Shown piece by piece: positions 1 through 6,219 of a DNA stretch of 11,081 nt. The position numbers were made by a program, and so were the translations under genes. The DNA is from a virus (Duplodnaviria; Heunggongvirae; Uroviricota; Caudoviricetes). Below the pieces are notes generated by a model. It was not told where the DNA came from and did no database searches. It was given only the letters and a program-made list of their open reading frames with translations. The DNA lies in the IMG/VR virus record IMGVR_UViG_2534681697_000014, positions 1 to 11,081 of that record, one strand, 5' to 3'. Position 1 is the first letter of the stretch; every line of letters begins with the position of its first letter.

Positions 1-24
1 CGCCTAACCAATAAGGCGCCGGGA

Positions 25-603
25 GTGTCGGGCGCTTCACGCAACGGTACGCGCCGCGCCATTACGCCGGAACATTACCAGCAGGTGATGGAGAAAGCCC
101 GCGCTGAGGATGCGGGGCTGGCTGCGGCGCTGGAGATCGCGCGACTGATGGGGTTACGCTCGCAGGAAACGGTACAGAGTTCACTGTCGCTGAAAACGTG
201 GCTGAAAGCCATTGAGCGCGGGGAAAACCGGCTGAAAGTGATGTTTGGCACCAAAGGTGGGCGTCCCCGCCATACGACAGCTCTGGATACTGGCGCAGTC
301 AGGAAAGCCGTTGAAAAAGCGTTAATTGTAGCAGAACAACACAATGGCAGGCTGATCGACAAGCCTGATCTCAAAATGGCGCTGGAGAGCTGGCACAAAC
401 AGGTCATTAAGGTGGGGCTGAAGGGGGAATTTTCCCCTCACTCCCTGCGCTATGCCTGGGCGCAGGATGCGATCCGCCATTATCTGGCGCAGGGATTCAG
501 CGAAAAGGAGTCACTGGCGCTGACGGCGACGGATCTGGGCCACGGCGACGGTCGTGGGCGCTGGGTGAAACAGGTGTACGGCTACCGCTGGAAGGAGGAA
601 TGA
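25..603 (+). CDS. Small tyrosine site-specific recombinase, FimB/FimE size class (192 aa from GTG at 25; frame is open to position 1, so the start may lie upstream)
   Basis: Translation shows tyrosine-recombinase catalytic boxes: LEIARLMGLRSQE (box I Arg), TKGGRPRH (Lys hairpin), HSLRYAWA (HxLR), LGHGDGRGRWVKQVY (C-terminal Tyr). N-terminus RRAITPEHYQQVMEKA resembles FimE KRRYLTGKEVQAMMQA as recalled from memory. Possible RBS AAGG 8 nt before GTG. Confidence 0.6.
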   Translation: MSGASRNGTRRAITPEHYQQVMEKARAEDAGLAAALEIARLMGLRSQETVQSSLSLKTWLKAIERGENRLKVMFGTKGGRPRHTTALDTGAVRKAVEKALIVAEQHNGRLIDKPDLKMALESWHKQVIKVGLKGEFSPHSLRYAWAQDAIRHYLAQGFSEKESLALTATDLGHGDGRGRWVKQVYGYRWKEE

Positions 604-789
604 CGGATTTCATGAATGGCGCAAAATAGTACGTTACTGCGTAACGACAGCGATTTATCGTACCCTCTGTACCGGATCTGGCGCAGGGGCGAGCGGGTTT
701 GTATTGTGAAAATATCGTTACAGCATGACGAATAAATATCAACAGATCAGATTTCCCTGCTTCACCAATATAGTTTGCCGGAATATTAT

Positions 790-811
790 AGTGATTACCC
801 CTGTAATCACT
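790..811. repeat. 22-bp palindrome AGTGATTAC-CCCT-GTAATCACT (GTGATT-N8-AATCAC)
   Basis: Read directly; 9-bp perfectly complementary arms around a 4-nt centre. Confidence 0.7.
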
Positions 812-1454
812 CGAAATGCTCCCTGGTAATAACAGGTGTTTCAATCGTTTTTACCGATACTACAGGGTTGGGAAAATTTTAAAATGTAAATTCACCGGGG
901 CTCACATTAATTCTGGCACAGGGTTATATCTGAATAATTCTCTCTGTGTTTTTCCGTATCCTGTTATATATATTGTATGGTCTCAGGATGCCTCATGATT
1001 TTATAAAAATGCTGCGACGGTTTTTGATATCATAACCTGCTGCATATAAATTAACAATTTTCGCTGCTTCATGTTATTTTTTTGCACTCTGTGACCGTTA
1101 TTGTGTGGTGAAATGCAATCTGGTGCAGGCAGTCATGGTGTATTTCCGAATGAACTGGTTACGCCAGAAAGGGAAAGGGTTATAAAGGTTAAGGGAGCGA
1201 TAAGGGTAACAGCGCCTGACCGGAAAGGGCCGAAAACCAAGGGCAAGAAACTGGCGCAGTCCTGAATGGATAGAGCGGCGGGACGCTGGCGCAGATAGCA
1301 GATTATCCGGGACGGGGGCAGATTATTTTGTCTTTATATAGCTGGTGCAGTGATGATATGTATCAGGAAGGATTATACGGTATTATAAGGCGCAATTTTG
1401 GGGATGTATTAATTGGTGATTCCGTGGAAACATCGATTATTGATAGCTTTTCAG

Positions 1455-1484
1455 CTTCCGTGATTAACATGTTAATCACGGAAG
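1455..1484. repeat. 30-bp perfect palindrome CTTCCGTGATTAACA|TGTTAATCACGGAAG (GTGATT-N8-AATCAC) in repeat copy A
   Basis: Read directly; the two halves are exact reverse complements. Confidence 0.8.
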
Positions 1485-1673
1485 GTGGCTGTCTATTGAA
1501 AACAGATGAATTGATAGGTTTTCACCTGAATTATTGGAAACCAAATAATTTCAGACTTATATCTATCTGGTATCTGATGTAGTTCTTACAGGCTTCAGAG
1601 TATAGGGTCAGGAGATATTCTGGAGTATTAATTGGCATTTCCGTGAAAATATCACGTATTGATAGCTTTTCAT

Positions 1674-1703
1674 CTTCTGTGATTTGCGGGCAAATCACAG
1701 AAG
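1674..1703. repeat. 30-bp near-perfect palindrome CTTCTGTGATTTGC-GG-GCAAATCACAGAAG (GTGATT-N8-AATCAC) in repeat copy B
   Basis: Read directly; differs from the copy-A palindrome by symmetric (compensatory) substitutions in both arms and a different, still self-complementary, centre. Confidence 0.8.
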
Positions 1704-1890
1704 GTAGTTATCTATCAATAATATATTTATTAATAGGCAATCGCCTGAAAATACTCTACTTGAATAATTTCTGGTACTTACCTATTAATAAGTAGTTCAT
1801 TGATTGGTTTTCACCCAAAATTATTTGGGGCCAAATATTTATAGATGTTTTCCGATTGATAATAACAAAAAAACGGCAATATCTATCAAC

Positions 1891-1928
1891 AAAAAAAAGC
1901 AGATCCCGGTCAATCAGGATCTGCTTTT
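1891..1928. terminator. Bidirectional intrinsic terminator downstream of the P4-type integrase
   Basis: A8 run (1891-1898), 8-bp stem GCAGATCC/GGATCTGC with 10-nt loop (1899-1924), then TTTT (1925-1928); U-tract follows the stem on either strand. About 30 bp past the integrase stop (1959). Confidence 0.6.
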
Positions 1929-1958
1929 CCAGTTTTAATGATTTACGCTATTTCTGAT

Positions 1959-3221
1959 TCAGGCTGCCTTATGCTGCCGCGCATAAATGTACGGCGCGAC
2001 ATACCCCTCGCGGCACACATCCAGATAATCCGACCACCACTGCATCATGGCCTTTCTGGCCTCCAGATGCTCTGCTTTATGCACATATGCCGCCCGCACG
2101 CTGTTGCGCTCCTGGTGGCTCATTTGCCGCTCCACCGTATCGCGTGACCACAGGTCCGACTCCACCAGGGCGCTACAGGCCATTGCCCTGAGTCCATGCC
2201 CACAGACTTCAGTTTTCGTATCATACCCCATCAGACGCAGCGCCCGGTTGGTGGTGTTTTCACTCATTGGCTTGTACGGATTATGGTCGCCGGGAAACAC
2301 CAGATCCAGATGGCCGGAAAGCTCCTGTATCTGTTTCAGAATGGCAATCGCCTGGCGGGAGAGCGGCACGATATGCGGGGTACGCATTTTTGCGCCACGC
2401 CCCGAAAACCGTACTTTATCAATTGCCTCGCGGGTGGCGGGAATGGTCCAGATTTTGTGCCTGAAATCAATCTCGCTCCAGTGGGCGAAACGCAGTTCGC
2501 TGGAACGGATGAACAGATGCAGCGTCAGCACCACCGCCAGCCGGGTTAACTCCCGGCCCTGCTGATAGTCACCGATGCGGCCAAGCAGTTCAGGCAACCG
2601 CTCCAGCGGTAAAGCGGGATAGTGATTCTTTACGGGTGAAGCGACAACGCCATCCAGATGCTGCGCCGGATTGCTTTCGGTAAGCCCCTGCTGAACGGCA
2701 TAGCGCATGATGTTGCTGAGTTGCTGCCGGGTTCGGGACGCGACTTCCAGAAAGCCTTTATCCTCAATAACCCGCAACAAAGCAGTGAAATCCTGCGTTT
2801 TAAGCGTGGCAACGGGCAGATGACCAATCGCCGGGAAGATATGGTTTTCCATACTGGCGAGAATACGGGCGGCATACTCAGCCGACCATTTTTTGTTGGT
2901 TTTGTGCCAGGCCAGCGCCACCGCCTTAAAGCACTTTTCAGGGGAGCAGGCTGCTTTCTCTGCCATGCGCTGCTGCGCCGGGTTGATATTCTGCGCCAGT
3001 AACTTACGGATACCGTCGCGCTGCTGCCTGGCTTCTGCCAGTGAGACCAGCGGATATGCGCCAAGACTGACTCTGGATTCTTTTCCGTTGAAACGATATT
3101 TGAGATACCAGATGCGTGAACCGCTCGGATTGACGAGCAGATACAGACCGTGAGAGCCGGAGAGTTTTACCGGACGGGAAGAGGGTTTTAACTTGCGGAT
3201 TTTAGAATCGTTTAAAGACAT
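1959..3221 (-). CDS. P4-type (tRNA-associated) tyrosine integrase, 420 aa
   Basis: Track ORF 1959..3323 carries a 34-codon in-frame extension; family-typical N-terminus MSLNDSKIRKLKP starts at ATG 3219-3221. Catalytic-domain signatures are present (RSSELR, HGLRAMA, RAAYVHKAEH). Lies 161 bp from the 3' end of tRNA-Asn on the same strand. Confidence 0.9.
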   Translation of the reverse strand: MSLNDSKIRKLKPSSRPVKLSGSHGLYLLVNPSGSRIWYLKYRFNGKESRVSLGAYPLVSLAEARQQRDGIRKLLAQNINPAQQRMAEKAACSPEKCFKAVALAWHKTNKKWSAEYAARILASMENHIFPAIGHLPVATLKTQDFTALLRVIEDKGFLEVASRTRQQLSNIMRYAVQQGLTESNPAQHLDGVVASPVKNHYPALPLERLPELLGRIGDYQQGRELTRLAVVLTLHLFIRSSELRFAHWSEIDFRHKIWTIPATREAIDKVRFSGRGAKMRTPHIVPLSRQAIAILKQIQELSGHLDLVFPGDHNPYKPMSENTTNRALRLMGYDTKTEVCGHGLRAMACSALVESDLWSRDTVERQMSHQERNSVRAAYVHKAEHLEARKAMMQWWSDYLDVCREGYVAPYIYARQHKAA

Positions 3222-3382
3222 TTGAGGGCCACTCCAGAATCGAACCAAACTGCCCCCAGATCTGACCACCAAATTATCCCGATGCGGAGAGAAAACTAGA
3301 TACGCACCGGGAAGGATTTTCACGCTAACTTACTGAATCGTAAACAAATAGAAACGTACAGATAAGCATGAAAACTTGAATT

Positions 3383-3458
3383 TGGCTCCTCTGACTGGAC
3401 TCGAACCAGTGACATACGGATTAACAGTCCGCCGTTCTACCGACTGAACTACAGAGGA
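3383..3458 (-). tRNA. asnT: tRNA-Asn (anticodon GUU), 76 nt
   Basis: Reverse complement reads TCCTCTGTAGTTCAGTCGGTAGAACGGCGGACTGTTAATCCGTATGTCACTGGTTCGAGTCCAGTCAGAGGAGCCA, matching E. coli tRNA-Asn as recalled, with CUGUUAA anticodon loop and encoded CCA. The asnT name (rather than another asn copy) is from position next to mtfA. Confidence 0.95.
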
Positions 3459-3558
3459 ATCGTGTGAACGGGGCGCATATTACTTAGCGGTACCTTGTCT
3501 GTCAACACTAAATTTCATAAGTCATTTCAATTGGTTAATTAATCTGCAAAGTTGTTAA

Positions 3559-4356
3559 TTAATGAACATTCGTCGCCGAAAACGAGTCTGTATCATTAGC
3601 GTGATGCAGTCTCTGCAAAGGATCTTGTTGATAAAATTGGCAGAAACGTTGCCACAATGAAGGGAAACGAGGAGCAAAAAGTTCTGGGGCGCTAAAGAAA
3701 TATTCAGAAAGTACGGCAAAACATTCAGCAGGATCGCTGGCAGCATAAGCATCAATGCTCGCCGCATTCTCGCCAACTAATTCGATTTCTTCCTGAATGT
3801 TGTTCATTGCAGCATGAAGATCGTGTTCCCAGCCAGCAACCTCACGCAACGGAATAAAGGGAACTTCGCTGGCGCGATCGCCGTTACGGGTGTCCAGCTT
3901 ATGAGCGACTTCATGAATAATCAGGTTAAAACCAGAAGCATCAAAAGAATCTTGTATATCCAACCAGTTCAAAACGATAGGCCCTTGCTGCCAGCTCTGA
4001 CCTGACTGAACAATACGTTGGTTATGCACCAGACCGATATCGTCTTCCCATTCATCATCGACCACAAATGGCGCAGGATAAATTAAGACTTCATGAAAAC
4101 CATCCAGCCATTCCAGTCCTAACTCCAGAACGGGTAGGCAAAATAGAAGTGCTATCCGGCAGCTTCTTAATGAATCCAGTTCAAAGCTCTGTAAAGGAAC
4201 AAGCCGCTTTTGCTGTAAAAAACGTTCGGCAAGAGTGACTAATTTGCTTTGTTCCTGTTCCGTCAGACACGTTAAAAGGGGGATCGATAGTGCTTCCTGC
4301 CAGGGAAGGGCAGTTTGATGTGCTGATTCTTGTACTTTCCAGGGCCACTTAATCAT
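3559..4356 (-). CDS. mtfA: MtfA (Mlc titration factor A / YeeI), zinc-dependent peptidase, 265 aa
   Basis: Translation from ATG 4354-4356 begins [23 protein letters not shown] and contains the HEVAHKLD metalloprotease motif; it matches E. coli MtfA as recalled. The track ORF start at 4395 is a 13-codon upstream extension. Confidence 0.9.
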   Translation of the reverse strand: MIKWPWKVQESAHQTALPWQEALSIPLLTCLTEQEQSKLVTLAERFLQQKRLVPLQSFELDSLRSCRIALLFCLPVLELGLEWLDGFHEVLIYPAPFVVDDEWEDDIGLVHNQRIVQSGQSWQQGPIVLNWLDIQDSFDASGFNLIIHEVAHKLDTRNGDRASEVPFIPLREVAGWEHDLHAAMNNIQEEIELVGENAASIDAYAASDPAECFAVLSEYFFSAPELFAPRFPSLWQRFCQFYQQDPLQRLHHANDTDSFSATNVH

Positions 4357-4449
4357 CGTTTTGCTCGCAAACTCGTCACTTGAACAAAATTGCACGGACA
4401 GGGACTGTTAAAATGCCAAATTTCTTGGCATCATGGCAACCATCTGAAC

Positions 4450-4539
4450 GGAGAGATGCCGGAGCGGCTGAACGGACCGGTCTCGAAAACCGGAGTGGGG
4501 GCAACTCCACCGGGGGTTCAAATCCCCCTCTCTCCGCCA
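4450..4539 (+). tRNA. serU: tRNA-Ser (anticodon CGA), 90 nt with long variable arm
   Basis: GGAGAGATGCCGGAGCGGCTGAACGGACCGGTCTCGAAAACCGG...GGTTCAAATCCCCCTCTCTCCGCCA; anticodon loop CUCGAAA; encoded CCA. Confidence 0.95.
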
Positions 4540-4566
4540 AAATTCAATCACTTATACATCATTAAG

Positions 4567-5604
4567 TCAGTGACAAAAATCACACTTGGAATTACTTGGA
4601 ATATTTTCAGGTAACGGGACATCAAGTGTCGGTGAAACTTTAACCTTCCTGTCATAGATTAGCACTTGCCCCTCGGTTTTGTGACCAGAGAAAAGTTGCT
4701 TATCCCGACTGCTTCCTTCATAGTCTGAAATTCCTTTCGCCTTCAGATCATGAAAGGTGAAGTCGGTTAAAATACCTGAAATTTTGCCTGCGCGATTTCT
4801 TGCTTCTACCCACATTTCGTTAAAGCCTTTGTACATATATCGGTTGCCGTATTGATTGCTGATTACATAGGCGGATGTTGGTAACTGTTTTGCTTTTTCG
4901 ATCGCCGCCTGTAATCGTGGACTCCATGCTTTTATCTGTTTTTTTCCTGTTTTCCCTTGCTGGATAAAGATCCCGTCGTTTCCAATCTGCTCCCATTTCA
5001 GCGATAACACATCGGAAACCCTCGCTGCACACAGATAGGCAATTTCCATTGCGATAAAAACAGGAAGAGGTGCAACGCTTAATACTGCCTGGTATTCTTT
5101 GTCGGTTACATATCGTTCGCGGTTTTTGGCCTTGAATTTACTTACACCTGCACATGGGTTAGCCTTCACGTACCCTCGCTCATACCCCCAACTGTAAACG
5201 CGGGACATACTGCTTTTTTCATGGTTGGCTTGCGTTTTACTCTGTTCCCCTCTCTTGTCCATGTATCGACGGATGTGTTCTGGTTTTATGGAATCTGCCG
5301 GCACCTTACCGAATACGGCAAGCAACTTTTTTTGATGTTGCAGATAATCTTTTTGTGTTCTTGGACTGAGGTCACTGTAATAGGCGCTGGCGAGGAATTT
5401 TTCCCACAAGCGACCGAATGTCATTGCACGATCGCGATTATTTACAGTTTCCTCATACTTTTTCCATAAAGCAGCTAAACCATCCTTGATGGCGGTTAGT
5501 GTTACAGATTCTCTGGATGTTGGTTTCCATACATAACTATATTTATTTGGGTATACATTTGGAGGTAATTTTTCGTGTTCAGGATTTTTCCTTCGTCTTC
5601 CCAT
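4567..5604 (-). CDS. Lambda-family prophage integrase (tyrosine recombinase), 345 aa
   Basis: 345-aa ORF with a C-terminal catalytic region (FHDLKAKGISD...GHKTEGQVLIYDRK, Tyr nucleophile); start codon overlaps the stop of the upstream xis-like gene at 5604. Confidence 0.85.
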   Translation of the reverse strand: MGRRRKNPEHEKLPPNVYPNKYSYVWKPTSRESVTLTAIKDGLAALWKKYEETVNNRDRAMTFGRLWEKFLASAYYSDLSPRTQKDYLQHQKKLLAVFGKVPADSIKPEHIRRYMDKRGEQSKTQANHEKSSMSRVYSWGYERGYVKANPCAGVSKFKAKNRERYVTDKEYQAVLSVAPLPVFIAMEIAYLCAARVSDVLSLKWEQIGNDGIFIQQGKTGKKQIKAWSPRLQAAIEKAKQLPTSAYVISNQYGNRYMYKGFNEMWVEARNRAGKISGILTDFTFHDLKAKGISDYEGSSRDKQLFSGHKTEGQVLIYDRKVKVSPTLDVPLPENIPSNSKCDFCH

Positions 5605-5807
5605 CAGATCGCACCAAAATTCGGCTCTACCTCGCGTGGTGGTAAAGTTTTATTGCAGGTAAATAGATCCCGGCTGACAATCGGTTTGCCACTACGATTG
5701 GTATAGAACGGAAGCCCGTTTTCCATTAACCATTTTCGCTGGTGGCTTGCATATTTGCAGCCCGTTAATATTAGCAATTCATCTTCGGTTAAAAATAAGC
5801 TGCTCAT
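5604..5807 (-). CDS. Excisionase-like small protein (DUF4224-like), 67 aa
   Basis: Sits immediately upstream of int and is translationally coupled to it (stop/start share base 5604); LTEDELLILTG...WLMENGLPF resembles the DUF4224 family found at the xis position. Family assignment is from memory. Confidence 0.6.
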   Translation of the reverse strand: MSSLFLTEDELLILTGCKYASHQRKWLMENGLPFYTNRSGKPIVSRDLFTCNKTLPPREVEPNFGAI

Positions 5808-5865
5808 AGCTATATCTCATAACCGCCGCTAACTATATACGGTTAGCGGCAATTAGGGTTGAACA

Positions 5866-6210
5866 TTAAAAATCAGCCTGACTCGGGATCAGTTTTTGCC
5901 AGATAGCTGAAACGTATTTTGCTTGGTAACGAGCGTCATCAAGTGCATTATGGCGCTCACCTTCGAATGGAATAGCCGTTCTGGCATCGAAGTCTATGGC
6001 TTTCCCCAGCTCAACGATTGTGCGTACATCGCGATCGTTGTAGTAACGCCACGGGCAGGGGATCCCCTGCCGTTCGTATGAACGGCGCAAAATCGTGTTG
6101 TCGAAGTTGGCTCCATTTCCCCAGACCTGAACAAAAAATTCACCGGAGTTTTCGTCGATAAATTCCCGCAATTGTAACAGTGCATCATCTAACGGGATTT
6201 CATCGGTCAT
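5866..6210 (-). CDS. C-terminal two-thirds of a DEDDh (DnaQ-like) 3'-5' exonuclease domain, 114 aa, separated from its N-terminal part by an in-frame TGA
   Basis: Contains Exo II (WGNGANFD) and Exo III (HNALDDARYQAKY) motifs; ATG at 6208-6210 lies 3 codons after, and in the same frame as, the TGA (6220-6222) that ends the upstream 695-aa ORF. Confidence 0.7.
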   Translation of the reverse strand: MTDEIPLDDALLQLREFIDENSGEFFVQVWGNGANFDNTILRRSYERQGIPCPWRYYNDRDVRTIVELGKAIDFDARTAIPFEGERHNALDDARYQAKYVSAIWQKLIPSQADF

Positions 6211-6219
6211 AATGGCAGA

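Larger units (their letters stand above)
1404..1848. repeat. Two tandem copies of a roughly 150-bp unit in 219-bp register (copy A about 1404-1560, copy B about 1623-1848; B has an extra segment of about 80 bp)
   Basis: Aligned by eye: GTATTAATTGG...TTCCGTG...TATTGATAGCTTTTCA..CTTC[C/T]GTGATT...AATCAC[G/A]GAAGGT...TCTAT, then TTTTCACC..AATTATT.GG..CCAAATA.TT..AG in both copies. Confidence 0.7.
1..3382. mobile_element. Inner end of a genomic island integrated at the 3' end of tRNA-Asn (partial; the other boundary lies beyond the window start)
   Basis: P4-type integrase directly adjacent to and co-oriented with tRNA-Asn; AT-rich repeat-rich DNA and a second recombinase gene lie beyond it. Extent inferred, no direct-repeat boundary visible in window. 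Confidence 0.6.

Noticed and set aside
497-998. ORFs 497..844 (minus) and 816..998 (plus).
   Set aside because: The first overlaps the 3' end of the recombinase gene antisense; neither has RBS or recognisable protein features.
1328-1582. 84-aa plus-strand ORF spanning repeat copy A (and a similar open frame through copy B).
   Set aside because: AT-rich, no RBS, and the differences between the two repeat copies are mostly nonsynonymous, with the synonymous ones explained by compensatory palindrome changes; better explained as structured non-coding DNA.
1455-1703. CRP-type operator reading of the TGTGA...TCACA palindromes.
   Set aside because: The spacing between TGTGA and TCACA is 12 bp, not the 6 bp of CRP sites.
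1404-1848. CRISPR array.
   Set aside because: Only two repeat copies, 219-bp period, AT-rich with internal palindromes of unequal sequence; not CRISPR-like.
1938-3153. Several plus- and minus-strand ORFs inside the P4-type integrase gene (1938..2147, 2047..2565, 2196..2549, 2267..2464, 2630..3064, 2658..3002, 2893..3153).
   Set aside because: Alternative-frame or antisense ORFs within a well-supported gene; compositionally odd translations.
1-3382. Identity of the asnT island with the Yersinia high-pathogenicity island (HPI).
   Set aside because: HPI has ybtS immediately beyond int; here there is a 1.3-kb repeat-rich non-coding region and a small recombinase gene instead. The integrase is P4-type but the island content does not match.
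3555-4005. ORFs 3555..3776 (minus) and 3814..4005 (plus).
   Set aside because: Both overlap mtfA in other frames or antisense.
4380-4614. Plus-strand ORFs 4380..4565 and 4390..4614.
   Set aside because: They overlap tRNA-Ser and the att region; artefacts of translating a tRNA gene.
4820-5469. ORFs 4820..5032 (minus) and 5221..5469 (plus).
   Set aside because: Both lie inside the serU prophage integrase gene in other frames or antisense.
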